DNA of 62,883 nucleotides, counting the filler, from Octopus bimaculoides (lineage: Eukaryota), in assembly GCF_001194135.2 (NCBI RefSeq). It is 4 parts of 4 records of this genome, joined end to end, with 100 filler letters (N's around TTAATTAATTAA, not from the genome) between each part and the next. Parts side by side here need not be neighbours in the genome. Positions count along the whole stretch, not along the records: positions 30,218 to 58,628 come from NC_068981.1; 3 more parts are not named here. One strand, written 5' to 3'. The notes below the pieces were generated by a model. The model did not search any database, was not told the DNA's origin, and worked only from the letters and a program-made list of their open reading frames with translations. The number at the start of each line of letters is the position of its first letter. Position 1 is the stretch's first letter. A program made the position numbers and the translations under genes. This document shows, piece by piece, positions 37,616 through 50,313 of this stretch.

Positions 37616-40600
37616 TATAGCAACTTTGATGGAATTGGCTGTTGGAAGCTATGTCTTGGTCAAAGACAAATTAGCAGCCCCTCATTTGATCATCTGGTAC
37701 CTTTCCAACTAAACCATGAGGATTCTCTCAAGAAGAGAGCAACCAACCTTAAAAATATTTTCTCCAACAATATATGTAATATCAAAATTTGTATCCTCAT
37801 TCTATCAAAATGATTGTCATCCAAGCTAGCTGAGAAAAATGGAGGTGAAACAGTAAAATATAAGTTATTAATATCGTCTTTGGTAACTTCCCATTTGCTT
37901 TGTCTTGATATTTTTCAGTTAAAACATTAAAACATAAACTTGCTGAAATGTTGTGAAACAGGATTTTTCACATAAAAAGCACCCATGCCAATGCCATGTA
38001 AAATGCACCCAATTTGGTGCCACATAAAATGCACCCAGTACACTCTGTTTAGTGGTTGACATTAGGAAGGGCGTCCAGCCATAGAAACCATGCTATATCA
38101 GACAATTAAAACCTAGTGCAGCTCTTCAACTGGTCAGCTCCTGTCAAACTGTCCAACCTATGCCGGCATGGAAAATGGATGTTAAATGATGATGATGATA
38201 AGATAACAGACATTGTTTTGACTGTACTAGTAAGACCCATTTAAAAGGTAAAATCGCTTTGTTTAGTTGTCAGGCCCATACTTTCTCTCTATGGATTATA
38301 ATTCCAAAATGATTGAGGCTCTATGTGGTTACTCAACTGCTAGAAATATCATCTAATTCTCCCTTAAACCACACTTTGCTATCTTAAAAATGAATACATT
38401 GGATTATGTTATCTGGGGTATTCTATTCCAGAAGAGAAACGGGTATGGTCATGGTTGAAGCATCCTTTGGTCACAGCTATGTCTTCCTCATTAGATTTCT
38501 CTTGTGGAACATTAACAAAACAACTTCAGATTTATGAGATGTACTGTTATATAGAATACATATTAATTCATATATTTTAATCATTGTCATCAACATTTTA
38601 TATCTGCTTTTTTTTTTCAACTTTTCTTTCCATGCTGGCATGGATTGGATGGGTTGTAATGATTCAAATCAGTTCTTATTCAGACTTACTACCATCCTAA
38701 ACAGGTTGGAGAACCCCATCTCACACATATTTTTCTCCATTTTGGTTTGTATTCTATGGCTGGATATCAATTCCTATCACCAACCACTTTATTGTGTGCT
38801 GGGGGCATTTTATCTTGACACTAGCACTAGCAAGGTTGTCAGTCATATCACATCCTTGGCATGATAAATTCTGTAGTGCAGGTGTCATAATAATATATTA
38901 CATAATTTCACATGTTTTATCTACAACACTGGATGATTTAATCTAGATATTAACTAATATATACATATTTTGATTGTACTGAATGAGACCAGACTTGGTT
39001 GTTATTATTGATACTTATTGATTGGTGTAACTACATATCCTCTATAGGAAATTACAAGCACTTAATTATTTTAGAGCAGAACTAAGTATATATTAGAATG
39101 ATATTAGATGTTATAAGACACCAATTTAAACAAAAATGACAGGCCCTGTTTTTCTGTTTCATATCAGAGCTTATAATGTTTAATATCATTTTATATTGAA
39201 AAATCTTCATAGTTAATTTCATAGTATTATTGCTCATCACAAGCATTGAACTGAGGTGGGTGTCTTATTATGTTGACTATAAACTGAAACAATATATAAT
39301 ATTTATATATGTAGTTGTTGTTTAGCCCAGGTTGGCTCTGAGCAGTACTATGATTAAAGATATTCCACTCTTGACCATTCCATACCTGTTTTTCTTGTAT
39401 TTGTGGAACTACATTGTACATTGTCCCCTTTCCTAAGACAGTGGGGTGCGATTTGAAGAAAATTTGCTTGTTATTTTTAGGAATTCAAGTGATTGTGAAA
39501 TTCTCACATTGGCTCATTATATATATAATGATAAAATATCTTGTTAGGATAAGTAACTGACTAATAATCTTTGTCATCGTCATCATTTAACATAGCTTTT
39601 TCCATGCTGACATGGTTTGGATATTTCAACAAGGATAGACACACTCGAGGGTTCCGATAGGTTCTATGTCTGTTTTGGCATGGTTTCTACAGCTGGATGC
39701 CCTTCCTGATGCCAACCACTTTATAGAATGTACTGGTTGCTTTTTACATGGCAGCAGCACTGGTGAGGTCATCTAATACTTGAGTGGAGGTCATCTAATA
39801 CTGAGTGGAGTATAGTATAGAAGGACAGGAACAGGCTACTTGCTGAAGAGGTGAAATCATGGCTTGCTTACCAGGAAAGAGGGATAAAGAAAGAGAGAGA
39901 GGTGAGATCGAGGTATAAGGGGAATATGAGAGAGAGAATAGGATAGAGGAGCAGAAAAAGCGGATGTGTAAGGAAGTGCACTGAGTGAGAAAAGTGAAAC
40001 AGATGATTAAAGATAAGGAATGCATAGAGTATCAGTTCAGCAAGAGGAAGTGAAGGAAAGAAATAGGGTGGTATAAAGGATTGATGGAAGAGTGGGTGTT
40101 AGAGGATAAGTTGTTGGGGAAGGCTTGACAGAATTTCAGTTTGGCTAAGATGGACAGATCTTGTGAAGATGAAAATAGCAAACAAATAAAAAAGGATTGT
40201 CTACATTTCTTATTGGTACTTAAAAGAGTGGGGGTGGTAGGTATTGTTTTGAAATCGGTCATATGGTCATCTGACAAGCAATATTTACATGGTTAGAGTT
40301 TCCTGTCTCAGATTAATGTGTAAAGTTTCCTGTCTCAGCTTAATATAAATGTATAGGAAATTCATGTACTCTTTGCTGTGTGTTGTATAATTTATAAGAA
40401 ATTGTATTGAACTTCCCCAAGTTCAATACAATTGTGACTGGGTTGTAAAGTACCAGATTAAAATAGTTCTTATATTAAAGAGCTGATACTTAATTCCTCT
40501 CTGAGAAAGCTACTAGCTTTCGCAGCTTCTAATAAAATGTCATCAAACCACATAGAGCCACAGTACAAACACTAACAAAAGCTATTGTCTATTCATATAC

Positions 40601-40882
40601 AAATGCATCCACATAAAATTCAAGTGACTCATTACGCACAGTCACAGACATACTGTCACATGTATGTATACGTAAATGGTGCTTATGTATATATATACCA
40701 AACACCAGCCCCCTAGACACATACATTAACGAAAGTAAATATGTTGGGTTTCTTTGTCTCCTTCACACATGTACATGTACAAATATATGTAGCCACATAG
40801 ACAAGCACTCAAGTCCCGTAAATTTTCTCTCATGTGTATGCGCGTGTGTGTGTGTATGTGTGTATATGTATGTGTGTGTGTT

Positions 40883-40920
<38 letters not shown>

Positions 40921-40928
40921 TGTGTGTG

Positions 40929-40964
<36 letters not shown>

Positions 40965-41287
40965 TTTGCAAGATAACTTTGTGCGATTAACCACATTATG
41001 CAGATGCCATGTTTACTTTGATAGATAGAGAGAGTGTAATTGCATGGCTAATCAATGGAGAATTATATATAAAGAAATGAGTGAAACATGCTGATTCATG
41101 TATTTATATATTTAGACCAGGCCTAGCTACTTTAATCACAGAAAGTTTTTTGAGGTCTTTGTCTTTCACATATCCAATTAGTAACATCTGTGCACTGGAG
41201 AAAATTCAGTTGAGTAATTTGTAGCTTGTGTCAGTGTAAAAATATATTATTATTGTCAAAATAATAATGGTAATAATAATAATGTAC

Positions 41288-41492
41288 CCCTGTAATTATA
41301 GGAACCATCCCTAAAGATTTGAACAGATTGATAGAGGAAATAGGCATAAAACTTAGTTTAGTACAATTCCAGAAAACAGTGTTATCAGTGACAGCTAGAA
41401 TACTTAGGAGGGTTCTTGGCATCTAAGGTTATTTGTAACTTGATGTTAGGAATTTTCCTTTTTCCAACAGTCTAATCTGTTGTGCGTATATG
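41288..41492 (+). mobile_element. Very short 5'-truncated R4/Dong-like family 2 copy
   Basis: Matches 6890-7060 and 15500-15630; aat tracts on both sides. Confidence 0.8.
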
Positions 41493-41534
41493 CAATAATA
41501 ATAATAATGATGATGATGATGATGATGATTTCAA

Positions 41535-41728
41535 ATTGTGGCACAAGGCCAGCAACTTCAGAAGAAATAAGTTGATTATATCAACCTCAGTGTTCAACTA
41601 GTGCTTATTTTATTGACCCTGAAAGGCAAAGCCAATCTTGGCGCAATTTGAACTTGGAATGTAAGGATGGATGGAATGCCGCTAAGCATTTTGCTTGGTG
41701 TGCTAATGGTTGTTCTACCTCACTGCCC

Positions 41729-41729
<1 letters not shown>
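41535..41729 (-). mobile_element. SINE family A
   Basis: Same core and head; lies between (AAT/GAT)n and (AAT)n. Confidence 0.7.
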
Positions 41730-41767
<38 letters not shown>

Positions 41768-41769
<2 letters not shown>

Positions 41770-42234
41770 TAAAAGATGGGCTACAGCAAATATTCTGCTT
41801 AATACCACAGATTTGCTTGTCGGTTGTTTGACCTTAACCAGTTGAGCATGTCCCTTGGTGGCTGATGGTATGTGCATCTCTGATCATGAGCAGAAATAGT
41901 GGGGGAGCATCATAGCCATGTGTTGAGAGGAATTCTTTGGGGTTTGAATAATTCACCTTTGGAAACATGGGTGTTTTGCTCAACATCCTTAAACAAACCT
42001 TATTCAGGGACCTTTTGAGCGGGATGGGCTACTTGACCTGAAGAAATTCTAACTGGGCCCCATCTGCGAGGTCATGTGCTGTTTATCTTGATATGAAATC
42101 ACCATGTCACGCACATATGGTTGTGATGCATGTGCCTGGTGTACCTTTATCAGACGGGTAGTCATGATGAGTATATTGAGCTTTGTATATTTTACCCCAG
42201 TGTCACTTTGATGGCATGCTCTGCTCTCTCACTC
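41768..42234 (+). mobile_element. Second copy of the (AAT)n-embedded element at 33-512
   Basis: Collinear along its whole length; (AAT)n on both sides. Confidence 0.75.
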
Positions 42235-42275
<41 letters not shown>

Positions 42276-42573
42276 AGGTTGCCAAGGCACACTAGACAGA
42301 ATTCATTAGAGAATTTTGTATTTTAAGTTGAGATCATTCTGGAGTTGACTTCTTTTCATTCATTCCCTTAGTTTTATTTCTTTAGTCAGGAGGACTCTGC
42401 TAAAGGTACCATGTGTGTATCAATAACAGTCTGTAACAAGCATATGCAGAATTCATTTGGTCTGTGTCCACTCTCTTGCAAATGTGTAGCTTTTTTCTGA
42501 TGTTTAGAACTCATAAACATTAGAGCTAATAGATAAAATCCAAGACTAATAAGCTAAACTGCATGCTTTAGTG

Positions 42574-42825
42574 CAATGGCTCTCAACTGGGGTTCATATG
42601 GTCCTTGGAGGGCCATATAAGATTTTGTTGTTAAAATTTACATACAATAAACTGGTTTTATTTCTACTATACACAAAATATTTCAACATTTTTTATGCAA
42701 TTCCTAATAATATTTAATTATAAAAATAGGGGTGTTTAGAAACTAGTAGGCTATGAGGGTCCCTGCCTCTGAGTAAAATAAGAATCAAAGAGGTCCATAG
42801 GTAAGAAAATGGTTGAGAACCACTT
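42574..42825. mobile_element. hAT-type MITE
   Basis: TIRs caatggctctcaac / gttgagaaccactt and a perfect 8-bp target duplication ctttagtg (42566-42573 and 42826-42833). Confidence 0.85.
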
Positions 42826-43429
42826 CTTTAGTGTATCACTTAAGTAAAAACTCTGTCTGGAATCATTCTTGCAATAGACTATAAAATACTTGTTAATTGT
42901 TGTTGTTTAGTAGCAGCACCAGAGGTAAACTGTCAAATTCATTCCATGTTATAATTAAGATTAATATCTTTGAACTTGTCACCTATTAAATGATGTAAAG
43001 GGAAATTCATCTATTAAATTGGATGGATGGTGCAAATATATAGAGCCATGTTAGCTAGTTTATGATCTTATAAATATACTAGTGAATCCCCCAAAAAACT
43101 AACCCAAAAGAAGTCATTTGAACCTTGGAAGTAAGAAACATTATTTGAATTTTTTTTTCAATATACTGATGTTTTCAGCGGAAACTTAAAACAATTGGAA
43201 TGTTCTAAAGTTACCAGTATTCCTTCTGGGCAAAGAAGTAGGTCAGCTGCAATGAACATGAAATGAAACCTAATACTAAATTTCCATACATGTGTTATAA
43301 TGTTGACAAAATAATCTAATTAATCTATTCACTTCTATGGGTACATTTAAAGTCTTAAATATATGTATAAAGGAAGTAAAAAATTATTCATATGCACATC
43401 ATATTGCGTGATGAAAAATTATTTTCTCA

Positions 43430-43651
43430 TTTCTTTATTGCCCATAAGGGACTAAACATAGAGGGGACAAACAAGGACAGACAAAGGGATTAAGTCGATT
43501 ACATCGACTCCAGTGCGTAACTGGTACTTAATTTATCGAGCCTGAAAGAATGAAAGGCAATATTGGCGGAATTTGAACTCAGAACGTAATGGCAGATGAA
43601 ATACCGTTAAGTATTTCGCCCGGCGTGCTAACGATTCTGCCAGCTCGCCGC
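43430..43651 (-). mobile_element. tRNA-headed SINE family A, best-preserved copy
   Basis: Minus strand gcggcgagcTGGCAGAATCGttagc (A box) ... gaGTTCAAATTCCgcc (B box); many CpGs retained. Confidence 0.85.
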
Positions 43652-44569
43652 GTGATAAAAGTTAACAACATGGAATAATGAAAGTAAGCTTTTTGAAGTT
43701 GAAGTTTACTGGTATTATACACAAATGGACATACATGCAAATGGGTATACAGGGAAAAGTAGCTCAGTTCTACATGAAATGTGGGACATTCGCAAATGAT
43801 TGTGAATTTTCTTAGTTCAGACTTAAATACTGTATACAATCTATACAAAAAAAACAAAAACACACATTTTTCTTTTAAAATAATCTTGCGATTAACTCGA
43901 GATAGGATTTAGGCCTCAGTTAATTTGTATGTATTCAGAACAATCAAACACTTTACTCAGAATTTATATATCAAGAGAAATATTCAGAACTAATTATTCA
44001 ATGTTGTTATAGATATGTGAATAAGTGTATGAAAGAAATTATGTAGCATAGAAATTCACATCAAAATTATGTTCCACATATTTAGTCTCAAGGTTAAAAT
44101 CATAAATTATCTAGAATTACCGTATTTTTTTATGTATAATAGATACATACTTTCTGTCCAGATTTTTAAACTTTAAATTTTAGGAGTACATTTTATGTAA
44201 GAACAAAATTTTACTAATTTTTTTTTTCTCACCCAAATGATGCAGACATAGATGTATAGTTAAGAAGTTTGTTTTGTAACTACATAGGATGAGCTCCATT
44301 GCATGACACTTTGGGTGAGTGTCTTCTGCAATAGCTTCAGGCCAACAGAAGCATTGTGAGTAGATTTGGTAGACAGAAACAGGAAGAATTGACATCACGT
44401 AAAAGTTGTAAGAAGATGACACTGTCATACAAGCAAGGAAATGATGATGACAATGAAATATGTTATCATATTTAAGGTGACATGAACTAATTAAATGTTA
44501 TTTATTGCCCAAACTAACTGATGTGAGATTAAGAGTTAAGATTACTATAGTAATTTTTTTCATATATTG

Positions 44570-44690
44570 GCACAAGGCCTGAAATTTATGAGTCAGGGTA
44601 GTCAAAAAAGATGAAAAGCAAATTCAGCTTTGGCAGAATTTGAAGTCAGAATGGAAAACTGGAAGAAATGCCACTAAGCATTTTTTTCAA
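44570..44690 (-). mobile_element. SINE family A, internally deleted
   Basis: ggcacaaggcctgaaattt...ggcagaatttgaagtcagaatgg...aaatgccactaagcattt. Confidence 0.6.
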
Positions 44691-45893
44691 GCATGTTCAG
44701 CACAACCAGCAGTTGTGTATCCTGTGGAATTTCTGTCAGCCATTAGTGTGGAAGACAAAAATGTAATGCCTTCATGATCAAAAATACCATTTAAATTGTT
44801 TTATATGAAAATTTAATTAATAAATTATTAATAAGGATGATTGAAGCCTGGTGTAGCCATCTGGTTTCACCAGTCCTCAGTCAAATCGTCCAGCCCATGC
44901 TAGCATGGAAAGCGGACGTTAAACGATGATGATGATGATGATGATGATACATGGATAATATAAGGATAATACAAAATCCTGTTGATGTAAATATAAAACC
45001 GGAAACAAAATAAAAGCGTCTGTTCCTGAAATACTTCAGTTATTATAATGAACTAGTACTATATAGGTTTCTGCTGAAAGAATAAAAATATTTAAGTGGA
45101 AGTATTTACATTCTACATTATATCTTTTATATCTTTCCATACTTATTGGCTTTTCATAGCAGATACACTTTTTAGTGTACACCAGTAAAGTTCAAAGGTT
45201 AATTTTGAATTTACTTATTGTTTACAGTATATGTGAACTTTTTCAATGTTTTGTAAACAGTAATAACAAATCAGTATATGAACAGCTTTTGTACATTATC
45301 TTCATTATCATTTTGATGTCTACTTTTTTCCATGCTTTCTTGGGTCAGACAAAGCTCATTGAGGCAGATTTTCTGCAGCTCCCAGGTTTCTTGGATGGTT
45401 ATTCATTGGAGTATTAAATAGGCTTGACCTTGCTTAACTTGTGTGATTGAACAAGAACTGGTGCTTTCAACATGCTGTGGTCATAAGCTGTACATGACTC
45501 GCTTACAGCCATGTATCAGTCTGTCTGTCTGTCTGTCCATCCGTCTGTCTGTCTATTTATCTGTGTGTATATATATTATCTGAAATGTACAGTATTATAT
45601 ATTCATCACGGCTGATGTTACCAATCGGTTTTGCGTAAGGATTATAATGGAGTGTTAGGTAACACTACAATTATATAACCTTACGCTCATCAGAGTTAGT
45701 TGATATGGAAAGAAATATAGCAACTGCTCTCTATTCCTTTGCACGAACACGATTGGTAAGATCAGCCATGATGGTTATATAATACTGTTCATTTTGGATA
45801 ATATACTCACTCTAATGACTGTTATATGAGTGCATTTTTTCCCTCTCTTATGGTCTCTTAGATGACTCACATATGTGTGTGTGTGTATGTAGG

Positions 45894-45925
<32 letters not shown>

Positions 45926-45946
45926 ATGTATGTATATATGCATATA

Positions 45947-47214
45947 CAGGGTGTTGTGGGTAAATTGTCACCATTTTATATTTTTAATTTCGTGCATTGT
46001 TTGTTTTTGATTTTGTTGACTACACAGTATAGTAGGATCAGTTGGGCATCATCTATGAGAAAAACTACATCATGACACAATTCATTCTGACAGAAATTTG
46101 GAAATGACATGCTTTACTGCTTGGCATTCATGCCAGAAGCTCCAATACGAACATTTCAGAGTGTTTGAGTGTCAATCTGAGGACAGTGCAGAGGATTCAG
46201 AAAGAGTTTGATGAGTCTAATGGTGATTACGAAGGTACAGCAGCTCGCAAAACTCACTCTAATCATTCTGATAAGAAAAGAACTGAATTTGTTGGTGAGA
46301 TCCTGGCCATGATTGATAACATGTCAATGACATGTTAGTGACACTGCCATGGCAGTATCTGAGTTTCTTATCAGGTAGGTAGTGTATGAAGACGTTCGAT
46401 ATTCCTCATACAAGATGAGAAAGGGCCAATTTTTATCCCAAGCCATCAAGGACAAGAGGGAAGACCATGCTACGAAGCTTTTGAACAAACTCAAGCATCC
46501 CCTCCAACCGAACATGCTTTGGTTTTTCTCAGACAAGAAAAATTTCTGCCAGGATCAGATGGTGATCACACAGAACGACTGTTAGCTTGCCATGTCCTTA
46601 AGGTATGTACCAAGAGTGATAAAAATCAAACATCCAGTCAACATCATGGCCTTTGGAGTGATCACTAGTGATGGCAACGTTATGCCTCCATCTTTCCATA
46701 CGGCCTCAGACTTAACAGAGAGGACTACACCAAGTTCCTGGAGGAGGTAATGCTGCCCTGGATCAAGAGGGTTGCTGCTGGAAGACCCGATGTCTGGCAA
46801 TAGGATTCTGCACAATGCCACACAAGCAGGAAACCCCATCATGGCTGTCAGACCACATCACCCTTAACATCTGGCCACCTAACTCCCCAGACAGCAACCC
46901 CCTAGGTTATTATGTGTGGGGCGCAGTTGAGCAAGAGGCCAACAAAATTCCTTGTAATGCCAATGATGAACTGAAGGCAAGGATTATGGCAGCATTCACC
47001 AACTTAAACAAGGAGACTGTCCAGAAGAGTTGCAGGAGATTCCAAAGTTGTCTGGAGGCCGTGGTTGAAGCCAATGACAATTTTATTGAATAAATTTACC
47101 CTTTTGTATTTCAAGATATCTCAATGTAATTTTGGTAAATATATCTTAAAATGAGATGTCTGTGTTATTTTTGTTTTTGCATAATTTAGACAACAATTTA
47201 TTTACCACACCCTG
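45947..47214 (+). mobile_element. maT / DD37D-like Tc1-mariner transposon, full length, decayed
   Basis: TIR cagggtgt(t)gtgg..aaattgt at both ends, TA on both flanks; WFFSDKKNF and WPPNSPDSNPLGYYVWG motifs; several stops and frameshifts. Confidence 0.85.
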
Positions 47215-47227
47215 TATGTAGGAATTT

Positions 47228-47880
47228 CAACCATGTTTCGTGGTCTGCTACCACAACAGCTCCTTTATAGGATCCAGTTAGCTCAAGACATCATCAGGAG
47301 GAACCACGTCCGGTTTCGGCCCCTACTCCTCTACCGTTTTGATGTGGCGGGGCCACCCCCTTTCGGAGGTGTCTTCAGCTCTGGTGTTGGGTGCATGTCT
47401 TCTTTCACTGTTTGTGACTGTTCTAATTCAACTGTGGAATGTCCCTCGCTATGGTTATTTTCCAGGAGGTTCTGGCCACAAATCTCCCTTTATTTTTCAA
47501 TACTGTATCTTCTATTCCCATCTCTTTCCCTCTTTCTCAGGACTGTTATTATCTCCAGTATCACTCCCTTATAATAAGCATGTATCTCCTTGGTATCTCA
47601 TTCTCCTTCCTACACAGACTTTCATTCTGCTTCCAATTTTCTTTCCTTATCTCTATCTCCCTTATGTTATTTATATTACAATCAGATCCAGAAAAACTCT
47701 CAAACTGCTCACCATCTTTCACTTTTTTTTACTTATTCTCCTTCCCCTGCTGTACAACTACTTACATTTTTCTCTCTTTTGATCCTCTATTCCTCTTCTT
47801 CACTGTCTTTTTTTTTTCTTTCACTCTCTTTCTCTATTCTCTCATAGTGCTTTTATTCTGTCTTGCTTACATATAATGCT
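47228..47880. mobile_element. Probable Penelope-like element fragment, CpG-rich
   Basis: Minus strand carries CTGATGA...CGAAAC (47235-47297) and is followed on plus by a long pyrimidine-rich tract; no ORF. Confidence 0.45.
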
Positions 47881-48454
47881 TTGTTCAACAGTAATATTTG
47901 TTTATATATCTAAATGTTAGAATATTAATTTTCATAAACCTTGTTTTGAACTAATTTTGTTATTCTACCAATTTGCAAGTTTTTTGTTTGTTTAAATAAT
48001 GATATAATGTTGATTTGAGAATGTATTAACCTGAAACTTGGAGTAATCTACAAGCCCTTATTCTTTTACAGTTAATATTATACATCATGTATTGAGTACT
48101 TTTTCCTCATGTTTTGATAAACACACACAAGACAAGGGATTATATACAAAACCCAAAACTTTCACTGAGAGCTATGCTGTTGCTTTCTAGAAGTTGCAGT
48201 TAAATCTCCTTCAAATAATATTGTGTTAAAAAGGAAAAGGGCATATTAAATAATTTGTCCTATGTATCGCTAAAAGGGAGAGATGGTCAAAGCTGGAATA
48301 CCTTTTAATCATAGACCTGCTCATTCAGGGTTTTCTTGAGGTTAAATAACAGCTACAACAACCACACACACAGGAGGTAAAATAAACAAAGTCAAACTTA
48401 CAGAAATATACTCAGACTATTCATATTTGGCAAACATAAAATAAAACAATATTT

Positions 48455-48655
48455 ATGTACAAACAATATATTAGATCCCTTGTGAATCATGCTAGCCTTG
48501 CTTGGGTCCCCTTAATCTTTGTACAGAAAATCCAAAAAGACAACAAGGTATACAAAATAACGCCATTCACAACCTCACAGGTTATATATAAATTCCCAAA
48601 GACCACCTACTCAGCCAAACAAAAATTACAATATATAAAGGACCACTTTGACACG
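48455..48655 (+). mobile_element. Decayed I/Jockey-like RT C-terminal fragment
   Basis: YIRSLVNHASLAW...KIQK...K.LQYIKDH resembles the YIRPxLEYASxxW region of APE-type LINEs. Confidence 0.35.
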
Positions 48656-49256
48656 TGAGGGGCCCAGTTTGTGGCTGCAGCAAGTTGTTACCTCTACAGT
48701 TTCTGCCACTATGTTGATAATCACTGACAAATATTTCAGAACACTGTATCTTGCACTCAGTCAAAATACTCAGCTATAATATCAATAGCTTCATTAGACC
48801 TGAACACCATGTTGGGATTGCATACAAGTGATTGTAAGTGCAAAGTAACAATAGCTGTTGAATTTTGTCGAAGTCCACCCTGCCTACTTCTGCTGTGTTG
48901 GTCATCACTAACATTTACAGGCATATGAGCCAACAAAGGTGTCTCTACATGATCACTTGATTTACTAGAAATAAAAGCCAAATATATCTCAGTTCACACT
49001 GAACCATCATAGACAAGGAAGACACATGATGAACCGCCATACGACGCTGAATGTGCTAGAAATATCAGATCTTCTGCAAACCACATGTTAACATCTTCAA
49101 CAAAGAATATAGTATGCATTGTTGCATTAATCTGTAAATCACACATTTGCAGTAATCTGTAAATCGCACTTAGTTATTGTAGTTAGAGTACTTACATGCA
49201 ATGGGTCTGCTCTCTTACAGCTAACCAGGGGTTACATAACAATTTTTTGCATTATA

Positions 49257-49383
49257 CTGGGTGTCCACAAAGTTTGGGTACATGGAGTAAATAAAATCAT
49301 AACATAAACAATTAAATATAAGAAATAATAATTTCTTAAAGTATGTGTTAATCCCCATGTACCCAGACTTTGTGGACACTCTG
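49257..49383. mobile_element. Tc1/mariner-type MITE (127 bp)
   Basis: ~28-bp TIRs (gtgtccacaaagt.tgggtacatgg) with TA on both flanks. Confidence 0.85.
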
Positions 49384-49478
49384 TAGAACTTGCTTTATGA
49401 TTTGGTAAAAATAAAGTCAGAAATTAACTCTTTAAAATATTTTTTGGTAATTCTTATTTTATTTTTATACTTTTCCAG

Positions 49479-49586
49479 CATTGGAATGTATTCCAGCAAG
49501 TTCCTGAAGTATTCATTCTTGTACCAGCTTTGTTAGGTTTGAAAGGCAACCTTGAAATGACCTTAGCATCTCGGCTTTCTACACAG
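49479..49586 (+). CDS. SLC41A1: SLC41 coding exon 2 (108 nt)
   Basis: ttttccag|[36 protein letters not shown]|gtaaaa; hallmark MgtE-domain motif; phases 0/0. Confidence 0.97.
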
Positions 49587-49849
49587 GTAAAAGTTACTTC
49601 ATTGCTTTTATTTAGGTTATAGAANNNNNNNNNNNNNNNNNNNNNNNNNNNNNNNNNNNNNNNNNNNNNNNNNNNNNNNNNNNNNNNNNNNNNNNNNNNN
49701 NNNNNNNNNNNNNNNNNNNNNNNNNNNNNNNNNNNNNNNNNNNNNNNNNNNNNNNNNNNNNNNNNNNNNNNNNNNNNNNNNNNNNNNNNNNNNNNNNNNN
49801 NNNNNNNTATAGAATAAACATGAATGTTTTTCACCGAAATCGAACCAAA

Positions 49850-50313
49850 TTCGACGACTGGCACCCATGCCAACCTTCCTTCATTGGACACTAAACTCTG
49901 CTTGCAAAGCGGGATCATTGCCAGAGCAGCTGTCTGGCTTCTGTGCCGGTGGCACGTAAAAAGCACCATTTAAGCATGATCGTTACCAGCGTCGCCTTAC
50001 TGGCACTTGAACAAAACATTTAAGCAAGGTCATTGCCAGTGCCGCTGGACTGACTCCTGTGCTGGTGGCATGTAAAAAACACCATTTGAGTGTGGCCGTT
50101 GCCAGTACCGCCTGACTGGCCCTCATGCCGGTGGCGCGTAAAAGCACCCACTACACTCTCAGAGTGGTTGACATTAGGAAGGGCATGCAGCTCTAGAAAC
50201 TCTGCCAGATCAGATTAGAGCCTGGTGCAGCCATCTGATTCGCCAGTCCTCAGTCAAATCGTCCAACCCATGCTAGCATGGAAGGTGGACGTTAAATGAT
50301 GATCATGATGATG
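49850..50313 (+). mobile_element. SINE family C with internal tandem gtgccggtggcacgtaaaaagcacc units
   Basis: Three or more repeats of the unit, then an RTE-type tail and gatgat; 5' end runs into an N gap. Confidence 0.8.

Noticed and set aside
39770-40345. Short local tandem duplications (about 21 bp at 39770, 27 bp at 40290; also ~49130)
   Set aside because: Ordinary slippage duplications with no array structure.
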